DNA of 64,000 nt from Cyanophora paradoxa CCMP329. Its lineage: Eukaryota > Plantae > Glaucophyta. The notes below the pieces were generated by a model. It had not been told where the DNA came from, ran no database searches, and saw only the letters and a list, made by a program, of their open reading frames with translations. Below, piece after piece: positions 32,701 to 44,800 of the stretch; the first letter of the stretch is position 1, and the number at the start of each line of letters is the position of its first letter. A program made the translations under genes and the position numbers. The stretch is from NCBI GenBank assembly GCA_004431415.1, contig QPMI01000273.1, forward strand, positions 13,965 through 77,964, in the 5' to 3' direction.

Positions 32701-33990
32701 TCCTCGCACGTCCGGAGCGGGTTGCGCACGTCGCCGACGCCCACATAGAGCACCTGGACCGGCCCGCCCGCAGCCGCCGCCCCGCGCTCCAGCTCGGCGC
32801 GCGGCGCGGCGGGGCGCGCCTCCGTGTTGCCGAAGGGGTACTGGAGGTAGTGGTTGCCGTGGTGCACGTGCCGCGCGAGCAGCGCCCCGCCCGTCGGGAG
32901 GCGCGGCACCCGCGCCCCGCACGGGTCGAGGGGCGCGCGGGGAGAGGACGCGGCGAGGTCGCGCTCCGCCCCCGCAGCTCCTCCTGCGCCTCGGCGTGCC
33001 CGGGGGCAAAGTCCAGGGCCGTCCGCAGGGCCGCCGCCGCGTCCGCGGGCCTCCCGAGGTGCCGCAGCGCCCGTCCCGCCCGCAGGTGCAACTTAGCCGC
33101 GACGGGCCGCTGCTCGGGGGGGACGAGGGACGGATGCGTCGGCCCCTGCGCATGCGCGCGCGTTCGCTTCTTGTGAGGCGCATGCGCAGGAGAAGTGCCG
33201 GCGCCGTGGAGGCCGGGAGGCCACGGCTCACGAGAAGGGCGGCCTCGGCGGCCTCGGCGGGGCGGTCGAGGGCGAGGGAGGCAGCGGCGAGTTTCGCGCG
33301 CGCCGCCACGTCGCCAGCGTCCGCCCCGAGCGCCCTCGCGTACAGGACCACCGCCTCCTGCGTGTGCTTCGCCTGCGCACAGAGCATTCATATGCATTTG
33401 CATGGCTATATTTTTAATCGTGCGTACGAGATCTAGAGCGAATTCGAACGCACGAAGACGGCGTTTCCAGCCTCGCGGAGCTCGCGCGCGGCCGCTGCAG
33501 CCGCAGCGGCGCGAAGCGCTGCCTCGCGGCCCTCGGCATACGAAGCGCGTGGCTCCGCGCTATCCGCACGAGCGCACGCCTCCGCTGCCTCATCGAACCT
33601 TCTCAAAGCAAAGAGCGCTTTCGCCAGCCGCCAGTGCGCCTTCGCTGACGGCTGCAGCTAGCGCTGAAGAGCGGCGCGCGCGTCACGCTCGGCTTCTTCG
33701 CCTCGCCCCGCTCGCAGCAGCGCCGCAGTTCTGAGAAGCGATTTTCGCGAAACATTAATATTTTAATCTCGCTAGCGCTTCTTCGCGACCGCGCACCTGT
33801 TTCCCAGGATGACCGCGCGCTCGGACGCGTTTTTCGCTGCTTTTAGCGCTTTTGCGAAGATTTCAGCTGCTTCATCGTACTCGCCACGTCGGAAGCGCAG
33901 AACGCCGGTCTCGGCAAGATCTCCTGCGCTTTGCATACGAGAGGCCGATAGCGTCTCGAAGGCTTTGATCGTTTCCGCTCGCGTTTGCAT
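26763..33990 (-). CDS. TPR + DUF4470-like + MYND zinc-finger protein, multi-exon; 3' boundary uncertain, may include a second gene below about 28000
   Basis: TPRs (FRRGEYDEAAEIFAKAL; LHLRAGRALRHLGR); YPFGNT, VLYVGVGDVRN, HLCDID, FDFIDCSNLADNEG|LWPLLAA; CSRCKSAWYCGRNCQKNDWNGGHKAKC at about 28130-28206. Confidence 0.75.
29371..29486. repeat. About 110-bp dispersed repeat, second copy at about 34410-34520
   Basis: Shared core CAGAGGCCGCTTCCAAAGCACCGTCACCTTCG and flanks. Confidence 0.85.
30540..30920. repeat. Diverged internal direct repeats inside the 1.55-kb intron (29922-31476)
   Basis: GCTAGTGCGAC.GGCTT...GTGGCC, CTGTGGCGTG...CGCGGCTGGCGCG and GAGAGGCGTGACAGTT each occur twice. Confidence 0.7.
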
Positions 33991-34216
33991 TCCGAATTCG
34001 AAGTTCTGGCCCACGGCCTGCAGCTGGTACGTATACGTATACGTCCGGTGATCGAATTTGATCGCTCCCCTCCCCTCGTCTTTTGCATCTAATTGAGTGC
34101 TCCTCGAGCTCCCTCTATCGCGATCTCCTCCTTCCTGCTACCAAGTTAATTCGAATTTAGCTTCTCCGGATCCTCGACCTCGGGCTATAGCTACCCTAGT
34201 AGTAGTAATTCGACCC

Positions 34217-34431
34217 AACTTCCGTTTCTTTTCGCGAGCTCGAGGGCGGTGACATCCACTGCGCATGCTTGTAGTGGACCATATGCATGCACGTGCACAG
34301 GTCATGCACATACTTTAGATCAACTCATGATCAGATAAAAGTCCATAATTATATTTATTGCATCTCACTACGTATACAAGCAGTGGATGTCACCGCCCTA
34401 GGCCTCGAGCTCGCGAAAAGAAACGGAAGTT
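34217..34431. repeat. Fold-back inverted repeat (arms about 34217-34276 and 34366-34431)
   Basis: Arms are reverse complements apart from three 6-bp insertions. Confidence 0.9.
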
Positions 34432-35065
34432 AGGAGACTTGACACCAGAGGCCGCTTCCAAAGCACCGTCACCTTCGAATTCGCGGCAAATATTACCTAC
34501 AGGAAGAAAGTTTAAACGGCGAGCTCCGAGGCGTCGCCCCAGCATCGATACCCAGGACCCCCCCGTGGCCACTTATGCGACTAGCGAGCCCGAGCCCGAG
34601 CGCCAGCGCTCAGCGGCTCTCCTGTAGGTAATACTAGCGCTAGCCACGTCGGCCACCTCAAGCCCGTCCCCTATAGCCCGAGCCTGAGCCCCTCTTCTTC
34701 TCCTTAAGCTTCTCCGATCCGAGCTCGTCGAGTGCAGCCGCGGGGCAGGCCGGGCCGGGGGCCCTACCCCGTCCCCGAGCCCATCGGCCGAGCCCCCTCC
34801 CCCTCCCCGAGCCCGTGAACCCCTCCCCTCCCCGAGCGCGTTGCAAGTTGGGCGGGGCCGACCCCACCCCCACCGGTACCCCCCCCCCCCGTCCGGATCC
34901 CTCACGAACGAGAGTTCCTCTTAATTATTTATAATTATAAGCTTGAAGCCTTGAACTTCGACTCGGCGATCGCGCGATCTGCGCCTCGGGGCCGGCGCCG
35001 CGGCGGCGCGAGCCCCGGGCCGGCAGAACATCACGCGGATCCGATGATCGGCGTGGCGGGCGGCG

Positions 35066-35213
35066 GGACTCGTCCGGAAGTCGGAACTCGGGAGTCGGGA
35101 CTCGGGAGTCGGAACTCAGTGACTCGCGATCGGGACTCGGGAGTCGGGATCCGGAACTCGGGACTCGGGAGTCGGGACTCGGGACTCGGGAGTCGGGACT
35201 CGGGAGTCGGGAC
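35066..35213. repeat. Heptamer array (TCGGGA[C/G])n; related runs at about 14570-14597 and 59498-59556
   Basis: Directly visible. Confidence 0.85.
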
Positions 35214-35516
35214 CGTCGCCGGCCCGTCGGACGTGGCCGGCAGCCACTGGGCCAGTAGCAGTCGGAGGCTATACCTAGCCCACTGGGCCAGTACAGAGTA
35301 CGGAGTAATCATTTTGAATATCTACTCCCCCTGAAATCATTAAATGACCTGAAATTTAGGCTGCATGCGCAATTCATCAGGACAATTTTCTGCAAGCTTT
35401 TTTTTGCAGGTTCGACGGCCAGCCGCTGAGCTGCAGTCGCGATCGAATACTAGTATACCGGTAATACCGGACTCTACTGGCTAGTCACTCTACTAGTACT
35501 ACCGAGTAGTACCGAC

Positions 35517-35986
35517 TAGGGCTGGGTTCAGTCACTGTCAGTCAAAGTCAGAGGGTCTGACTGACCCGACTGAGTCACCAAATTGGCCGACTGAGGTTCT
35601 CTCAGTCCCATACAAAACCCTGTTGGGAGCGTGCCCCCCTGTGGGCTTTTTCCATCTGAAGCTCGACGTGGATCGATCTAAAAAGGATCTTCTGTCGTCT
35701 TACCTCCAGAAAAACAACGTAATCTGAACGAAACCGCCCGCGCTAACGAGGCTAACGGGGGCCGAATTCCTTTCACCAGTGTTCTGAAGCTTTGCTCGCC
35801 TAATCACTCCCTACTGCCCGCGCACTGTGCTTGGCAACTTCGATGGATCGCATCTGGATCATTTCCGGGTCATTTTCGTCTGTTTTTGCACGGTAGCCTG
35901 ACTGAACCTTGGGTTGACTGATTCAGTCACAGTCAGGGGCGCTGAGCGACTGGGTCAGGGGTGGAGCCTGACTGAACCCAGCACTA
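35517..35986. mobile_element. hAT-type non-autonomous element (470 bp)
   Basis: 18-bp TIR TAG[G/T]GCTGGGTTCAGTCA (1 mismatch); 8-bp TSD GTACCGAC at 35509-35516 and 35987-35994; subterminal TGACTGA/TCAGTCA repeats. Confidence 0.9.
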
Positions 35987-36797
35987 GTACCGACTCGCGA
36001 CGCTACGAGTTCTGGCTCTATGGCGCAGTTTCCGCCATACAAACTTTTTCCGAGTCAAGTCGATTGACTAAACTCGGCCGAGTTTTTAGACTGGGAACAC
36101 CTTCCAACTTCCAAGTCAAATTAGTACTGCGCTGGCCCAGTGGGACCGTCGAGGTCCCCGTACTAATTCGACTTGAAAATGCCAGTGTTTTCCGATTGGG
36201 CACGTGCCGGTATATTTCACATGCTATATAAAAGCTGCTGTTGGCAGTTACTAGCCGGCAGTTACTAGGACTGTACCAGGAGGCTACTAGAACCTACCAG
36301 GTAGCTCCGGCGCCTGCCAATCTGGAGTTTGGCCCCAGTTCGCCAGGAAACTCCGCCTAAGGCCCATAACTCGTAGCGCGAGTCGCGAGTCGCGAGTCGC
36401 GACTCAACGGCAGCCGCGGCGTCCGACGGTCCGGCCGGGTCCGCGTCGACGTCCGAGACGGTCCGACGTCGACTCGGCGAGTCGGCGAGTCGGTCCGAGT
36501 GGACCGAGTCGGTGACTGTCGGTCCGACGTCGACTCGGCGAGACGGTCCGCGTCGAGTCGCGCCGTCGACTCGACGCGCGGCGACGCGGGCGGCGGGCCC
36601 GGGCCGCGCGGCCGGGCCCGCGCGCCGCCCGGCGCCCGCGGCCGCCGGCCCGGCGGACCGGCGATCACTGTACGCCGCGGTACGCCGCGGGCCGCGGCGG
36701 CCGCGCCCGCCGATCGCGACGTATCGATATCGCGTACGCGTGCCCGTCGCGTGGCCCCAGCGGCGGCCAGCGCTAGCGCCGGGGAGTCAGCCGTCAC

Positions 36798-37087
36798 CCG
36801 TGTAGCACGAAATTACCGCGGCATAAATTATAATTAATTACCGCGTTATATAGACCCTGGCCTGAACGTGCACGTGGCCAAAATACCGCGGTACCAACTT
36901 TACCAAATTACCGCGTTATAAGATTTGGAGGCTTGTATGGGGCGGTAATTGTAGGGGGGGTACTGTATGGAGCAACGTAGCAGCAGGTTATTACCGTGGT
37001 ACCAAATTACCGCGGTACGTCACAATTTCGGCGCGCTAATTTTGTACCGCGGTAATTAAGTGAGCGCGGTATTATAGTGCCACACGG
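36798..37087. mobile_element. MITE-like element with many ATTACCGCG motifs
   Basis: 11-bp TIR CCGTGT[A/G]GCAC; repeated internal motifs in both orientations; TSD not clear. Confidence 0.5.
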
Positions 37088-37295
37088 TAGTAGTACGTTC
37101 TGTGAGACTCTGACTCGGAGCTCGAGTCTCGAGTTCCGATCGCGACTCCTAGCTATAGGCTACCGGTATAGCTCGAGCTCTGAGCCTCTGACTCCTCCGA
37201 GTCTAAAGAGTTACTGCTAATGGCCACTTTTCTCGATTGCAGTAAGCGATCGCTTCTGATTCGCCGTTTTCAGCAGTACCGACTACTACCGACTA

Positions 37296-37587
37296 GTACC
37301 GAGCACTCAGAGACTCTTTATAATTACAGAAGAACACAATATTAATGCGCTCAATATTAATGCTTTTTTGGACTCGGATCCGGCCGAATGAATGCGTTTT
37401 GAAGCTTTTCTGCTGCGATACTATGATGTGGGGTACATTATTATTATACCGTACATACAGCCGGCCGTTCTTATTCACGCGCCCCAAAATTAATGCGTTT
37501 TGACGGCGCGGAAAACGCATCGAATTGGGGATGCACTGCGCGCGCGGCATTAATATTATGCGTGCATTAATATTCTGTTATACGGTA
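37296..37587. mobile_element. TA-flanked (Tc1/mariner-like) MITE remnant; related copy begins at about 58479
   Basis: The reverse complement of the right end, TACCGTATAACAGAATATTAAT, resembles TACCGTAAAACAGAAAATTAAT at 58479; shared AACGCATTAATTT.GGGGC motif. Confidence 0.5.
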
Positions 37588-37610
37588 GCTCGTAGTTGTA
37601 CGGTACTATA

Positions 37611-37853
37611 CACAGCTCGTTTTTTTTAGCAGTCGACTCAACATGCCCGTTGCATGGGCAAGGGTAGCCGGCGATCGCGATAACTTTTCACCCGTCGCAG
37701 CACGGCTAGTCTCCTCGCAGAATGTTGTAGCCGGCAAGCTAGCGGGTAGAATGGTGCTAGCCCGGTCCCAGCCCAACCCAATACCCGAAGAGCGATTTCA
37801 CTTTAACCGGATTTCAGCCGTGTTGGGTCGACCGGTAAAAAAAACGAGCTGTG
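37611..37853. mobile_element. CACTA/EnSpm-like (CMC) MITE, 243 bp
   Basis: 33-bp TIR starting CACAG (3 mismatches); 3-bp TSD ATA at 37608-37610 and 37854-37856. Confidence 0.8.
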
Positions 37854-37986
37854 ATACGGTGTACTTCACCCACAAAAAACTGCCTGAGTCCACGCCGACT
37901 CCACGGTACCGGCCCGGCGGTAGTAACGGTGCTAGTACTACCGCGGTAAACGGTAATTTCCGATCTAGTATTTTTCTGTTACACGG

Positions 37987-38179
37987 CACTGTAGGCGTAG
38001 TTTTATTGCCGTGGAGTCAATTTGCCGAATTCGACCGAAACCGGAATTGCCGTGGCAATAAATTGCCGAATTATCCTGCCGAATTGGCAAAACCACGTAC
38101 CCCCATGCAATTGGCGTGGTGCTAGATTGCCGAATTCGGCTAAAAAAACGGCTAAAAAACTACGCCTACAGTACTAGTG
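37987..38179. mobile_element. CACTG-ended MITE with TTGCCGAATT internal repeats
   Basis: TIR CACTGTAGGCGTAGTTTT; the right TIR is interrupted by a 6-bp insertion (AGT-ACT-AGT, 38170-38178); TSD not clear. Confidence 0.65.
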
Positions 38180-38882
38180 CCGGTAAACGTTTATAACAAG
38201 AAATTTTTCTGGGCTTGCCAGCCACTGGGCCAGTTGGCCCAGCGGCCCCGGGCCCCAGCCTGGCAGTGGGATTTTTGGGAAACTCCAGCCTCCAGCCTGG
38301 CAGTCACCAGCTGGCAGACTACCGTGTAATACTTATTTACTGCGCCACAAATTACTGCGTTCCAAATTTGCTTTCATGCCTCATGCCTATCAGGGCATCT
38401 GCGAAATCATTGCCAATGATGCCATGATTCCCATGAAGGCCCATGGGCCATGGCCATGATATCGATATCCATGGCACCGGGCAGATCACTGAGTCAAGAG
38501 ATGCTGTAAATTGGCTTCAGCTTAATTAGCCCAAAATCTGAGATCAATTGCAAGGTCTGCAGGGCCAGTGCAGGCTGCACCTAGGCCTGTAAGGCTGTAA
38601 CACAGGCTGTAGTACGGTTGTACCGTCACGGCGTTGTACGCGTACTGTCACAGTGTAAGCGGTCTGTACTCCAGCTCGGCGGCATCAGAGCCTAGTCCGA
38701 CGGTCGCCGAGTCGACGCCGAGTCGCGATCGACGCCGAGTCGACGCCGACTTGACGAAGTTGACGCCCATCGCGAGTGCAGTGCACTGCAGCTCTAGATC
38801 TAGATCTGGCATGGGGCGCCGGCAGCCAGCTGCGCGCGAGGCTGCGAATCCTGCGATGGTCGACATATGCATGCACATATGC

Positions 38883-41800
38883 ATGGCTAGACCTCGAAGC
38901 CGTGTCTTCATCGCAAGTGCGCGAGGCATGCTCTTTAGGGGAGCAATTTTACAGAGGCTCGCGACCGCCTTGGTCGTGGCGGTCTGCGTTGTCGCGGCCG
39001 TCGATGCGGCCGCAGTCCCAACATGCGGTGCGTCCGCTGCGCGCCTGCCGCAGTGCATATATATACGGCGCATTTACAATCGCGTATTCTCGATTCCGAT
39101 CGCGCTCGAACATATATATGTGCGAATGAACGCGCTGCCGATCGTTAACGTCGCTGCAGGCGTTCGCTGGCCCAACATCGACAACATAGAGAACACGCGA
39201 GAACAGCCGCATTTCGTGCAAGTGAACCGCACCATTTATCTCTCAAACCCAATGACCGTAGGTCCGTTCCTCTCCCTCGCGCGGCCGCCCGCTGGCGCGC
39301 GCTTGTGATCGCGCGGCTATGTATATATAGCTACTAATCGGAAAGCGCGAACCACTTTTCCCGCAGAATTCTGGTGCGCGCATGCGCATATGCATGCCGC
39401 CGTTCTAGATTTGGATCTGCTCCTCTGAAAACTTCAACCGCGCGCACGCACGCGTAGGATGAAGGTTGCCGAGGCACCCTTTTCGGTCGCTTACACGGGG
39501 TGGTACTACCCAATCATGGACTTTGCCGTTCGGGACGGTGTAGGGAAACCTGTTGCGGATGCTCCCGAGCTGGGCTTCATGCTCTACTATTACTGGGTGC
39601 GGTCATAATTGTTGAGTCGACATCGATATCGATTTCGCGAGCATCTGTGCGCGCGCATGCGCACATGGTGAGTCTAAACCAGAGCCCATGCCAGGTTCCG
39701 GGCCCCTCCCGTGATGGCAGTGAACCTTCGGTGCGTCGAGCTCGCCCGCTGTCCTACACGACCGCACGTGTCCCGCCTTCTAAATTCACGAGCAGAAACT
39801 CGGCTTAGGACTGCGCTCGACCCACGGGGACACTACGGAACGCGATAATTCATACACCTGGGCAGCAGAGCTCGTATCCACCTACGCTGACGCCTTCCCC
39901 GTGCGCCCGCCGTCGTGCTATTCGTGATCGTGTCTGCGCATACGGGTACTAGGCAGCTCATGTTGCATCGCATATGATTGTGCATGTCATGCACAGGCCG
40001 ACGTTTGGACTCACGTGAGAGCGCATTGCGCATTCATGATTCACGGTTCCTGATTCGTGCAGCATACTCATCAATATCAATATATATCGACAGGTTGCAG
40101 TCGTCATCGGCAAGACGCAGGCGGGATCGGCCTATACGTATGTCAATAATGATCGAGTGCTTACAACGGGATTCGGGGCGAGTGTAACCGCGTACCTTAA
40201 CGCAAGCAAAGTCGCTTTTCCTGCCGATACGTGCGCTCTCATTTCGAATTCGACCTTTGAGTGTGAGCACCCGCGATCATTATCGTTTCTGAGACGATAT
40301 CAGCGATCCGAATGTGCAGGATCCTCGAGGAGGCCTATGGTATAAGGTAGGTCCATGTCTGATCATGATCATGAACAGCTGTTTATCATGATCATGAACA
40401 GCTGTTTAAACACTGTCTTCAAACTCGTCTTGCGCATGCGTATGCGCGCATGCATTCTAACTACAAATTAAATCGGTGCTAGGACGTAAATAAATTTGGA
40501 ACAGCCCCCGTGGAGCCGGTCGCCCGCGTCGTCAACTACTTTGGCCGGACTACTCAGGTAGCGATTGCGTGATACATGTACACAAACACACTCGTCTACA
40601 TGCAACTCTGAGTGCAGGTCGATGCGGGCGTGATAGATAGCTACATGATGCCTGGGGCGGACGATCTCGAGCTCGCCGAGTGAGCAGAGAGTCTTCGAGC
40701 GCGGCAATTGGCCGATGCATATATGCTCGCATACTGAAACATAAAAATCATAACCAACGTCGTCTGCAGGTTCCGCGTCTGGAACACGAGCCTTCCAGAA
40801 GCTGACATCAAAAGCATTTACGAGACCGGCATGAACTGCACGCTGTACCGAGCGTACCCCCTCACGATGTGGTTCAAATTCGACGACCCCCCGGTAATAT
40901 ATCATATTATATTATGCACACTTGATGCATCTGATCACCGGCGCAAAACCAGGGCACAACGACCTTCACTGACGCTTCCGAGAATCGTTTTCCTGCGACG
41001 CTTAATGCCTCAGTCGGGTTTCAGTGCCTAGGCCGACGCTACGAGTTCATCGGTCTCGAGTATTGCGCGGGGAAAGCGACGCCCACGCCTTCTCCAAGCA
41101 TGACGTGAGCCTTTGAATTCTGCGCTGCTGCCCTGCGCGACCGCGGGTGCCTCGAGCTCGCGTCTGACGCCGGCGCCGGCGGCGGTCGCAGGCCGAGCGC
41201 GACGCCCTCGCCGAGCGCGACCCCGTCGCTGACCCCGACGCCCTCGCCGACCGCGAGCCCCACGCCCTCCGCCACGCCGACGGCGTCGCCGACCCCGGCC
41301 CCCTTCTTCCTCGCGGCCCCCGCGGACCCCGCGCTCGTCACTGCCTTCGTCAACCGGTGCGCTGCAGTTGCGAGAATCGCGCATTCCTCGAAATCTGAGA
41401 TCGTGCAATCATTGAATATGCTGAAGTGAATTCTAGTACTAGCCGTGCTCCGCGAAATTAATCTCAATCCTCAAATCATGATCACGATCGCAGGCTTCAG
41501 ATTCGCTTATTCATTCCCGCCGGCACTCCCAACGTCCCTGATTACCTACCGACGAAGTGCGATATTTCAATCTGCTCCGAGGCTCAATGATCTACCTGTC
41601 AACTTCACATTCCTGTTATCTGTCAGATGCGAGCTGTTCCGCATCAATGGAAGCGGGGGCGGCGACATCCTCGCGGGAACCCTCAACCGCCCCCAGTCTC
41701 CAGCCGGCGTCTCCGCAGGAGGCCTCGCCGCCTACACGGACTACAGCTTTTACGCAGTTTGCTCGAACGCGTACGGCATGGGCGCAAAGTCTAAGCTTGT

Positions 41801-44800
41801 CACTTTCCGGAGTGCGCTGGCCTTCTTGAAATTAAACATGTACAGCTAGCTTGCTTCATGATCACATTAGCTATAGGTTGACAATTGCAATCTGCGCAGC
41901 CAGAGGACTCCTTGGAAAGGCGCCCTCGCCGGAACGGCTGGCGACCTCAATCGACTCCCGAAGCCGCGCGACCCTCACGCTGCGCATGTTTCCACCGAGC
42001 CCGTCTGGCGGCGGCTCTTTCAGCTGCGAGCTCATTGGTGGGCTGCCCCCTCCTGCGCACGGATTTCTGCAACACGCGCTTATTTTTCATTTAGAGCTGA
42101 ATTCGGGAGCGACCGCATTACAAGTAGATTCCAGCAGATTCTCGGCCGGATACTTTGATACATCCTTCATGCTTCTTGGATTGAGACCCATGCTGATTGG
42201 GTGAGCGCGAAGATAGTGTAGTATATATTCTTAATTGTCGGCACTCAAAGAACATGTACACTCACTGCTCTCCATTCCAGAAACACATACCGCTTCCGGA
42301 TGGATTGCTCGAACGACTTCGGTAGCGCTTCTGGCAACGAGTTGACCGCTGCAGTCACAAGTCTGTTCTTCGATCGCGATGTCTCGAGTTTCGAAGCACT
42401 CACCTCGAGCTCTGCCCGCACCGTCGCCCTCGACCTCAGACCAGCCGTCTCCGCGCGAAGCTCCGGAGACTGTGACGGCCTATGCCTACGCCTCCACGGC
42501 GACACTGGCCTTCTACCCAAAGGGGCTGAGGCTGACCTCCTGTCGGCTTATTGTCACCGACGTCGATGCAAGCAGTTCACAGGAGCTGAGATACCCTTCT
42601 TGTTTTGTCAACGTACAGTGCGTCCCTCCCCCTAGGCCTCACGGCGCTGATTTTAATTAAGTTTACTATATGCATATGCATATATATGCCCTCTCGTGTC
42701 GACGTCTGCGATTCTATCTTTAAGATTCGGAGCAACGCAGAAAGAACCAGGCCTGTTTTAGGTCATCCGATCAGGCCGGCACAACCTGGACTATGCTACA
42801 ATGGGATGTCAAAGGGCTGAAGATGGCTACGAAATATTCTTTTGCGTGCGTGGGCTTATCATAGTATTTGAACTCGTTTCACTTGATCTTACCCGCGCCG
42901 TCCTATATGTGCGCATTCAGAATTTCGTGTGCGGTGCGCGGCGCACCTGTAAATTTAAAGGCTCATTCGTCAATGTTTCCGCTTATTGCGATGCGCATGC
43001 CTGCTGACGGGGGCTTTAATAGAATGAAGTCGGCTTCTCTCCCGGTAGCTAAGCTGTTTTATTGCCGAATAAATAGAGACCCGGTCGCTGTCATAATCAG
43101 TGACTGTCTTCGTGCTCTGCTCGGATCCGGACAGTTGAGAACAAATGGATGACTTGCACGGATCAGCGATTTGTTCCGATGTCGAAGCGCTCTCCGCCGT
43201 TTTACTATGGCAACTGGGTCGGAGTCAATCCCGACACACTCCCCCCCTCAAAGTGCGGGCGGCAGCAGTTGTTCACGACGTACGGTGCGCGAGAATCTGC
43301 GGCCGCACGCGCCTTCCGGATCCGTCATGTTCTAATGCGTTATTCGTAATTTGGCAGGCCCCGAATACTTCAAACCGCCCTACGAGCTCAAGCTTCTGCA
43401 AGCGGAGGCACAGTTTGTGCAAATCGGATTCAAAATGGGGGTCCGTATACATTAATAATCACCTGCATTGCTTAGTATGTACGACTTCGATTGCAGTACC
43501 CTGGATGGTTCGAGGTGAACGAGAAATGTGAGATCACGATTTGTATACTTGAATACTTGATAGCGTTGAATGCGAGCCTTAAGATTTTATTGAATGGCCA
43601 TAGAGACGCCTCGCCATTGCGTCCTGATCGAGGGATTGATTTTTCTCGCAGACGGCTGGTGCAGGATTGAAGCAAACGGCAACTATGCAGGTGCGTATAC
43701 GTCCCTATCTCCAACCTTTCCGATAGAAAAAGTGAGGCACGTGATAGGCATTCTTCGGATCAACAACGATGTGGGAGACTTTTCGAACGAATACTTCAAC
43801 AGTAAGCAGAGTTTCTTGCTGCTACATATAAAATGGCGGTTTTTCACCCTTGCATGTGCACAGAACCCGTCACTGGGTCGAGCTGGAAGGTTAACATCCC
43901 TCCTCCTTGGTGCATTGCCGTCGAACGCTAAATCATGTACAATCGTCCCGAGTGTAGATTTCTACTATCCCAATTATCTTTGAGCTCCAACAAAACTCGG
44001 ACTACGGTGCGGGAATTCTTGTGTTTTGTCCAAAAATGATTTCATTGGGTCTCGATCGTCCAAACAGTGATCTCGATCTGGTGCGGACATGCACAAGGCG
44101 AGAGCCCGAAGGTCAACATCTCTGTTCGGACGAAGGCCTCTCGTAAGTTTCCTCCAGCCTTTTGCCAGCCCTCTCGATTTCAGCTTTTAATCATCCACCT
44201 ACATGCACTTTCGGCATGCGCGCACAGCTGTCCTTTTGTGCGTAATCTGTTTCCTCATGTTGGGCCTGCAGTATGACATGTGTACATGCCGCTCTGACCT
44301 CCGATCATCCTGCAGAGACACTTCGAACCCTCTGCTTGCCGGCATGTCTCAAGACTCCACAGGTGAACTTCTCAATTTAATGCAAAAGTCTGCCTTCGAC
44401 CCAATCTTCTCGTCTCGCAGGAGCCTTCAAAGCTGCTGAGCCTGCGTTGGCGCCTGCGGTAAGTTAAGTGGTGCCCCCGATGCATCAACCGCGATCTGCA
44501 TTGCTCAAAGTTCGACAACTCACTCAAAATGCAAACGTGAAACACAACGACATGCAGCCATGCAACATTACACTGTGCGCATGCGTGCAAATGAGCATGA
44601 ATGACTTTAAATTTATAAATACATGTACGAGAAATTTGACTGGAGTCTTTCAGCGAGGCGTTGCGAGAGAACAACTGCGTGTGTAAGCACTCTCCAGTAT
44701 TCTACGGAGTATTTATATGGCTCTCTGATTTATAATCATGCTCCATTCTAATTGTTTGCGCTTTAAAAGGTGACATCTGCTTGACGGTCGAGCAAGCAGT

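Noticed and set aside
35066-35213. CRISPR or telomeric array
   Set aside because: Simple heptamer repeat with no spacers and no telomere-type unit
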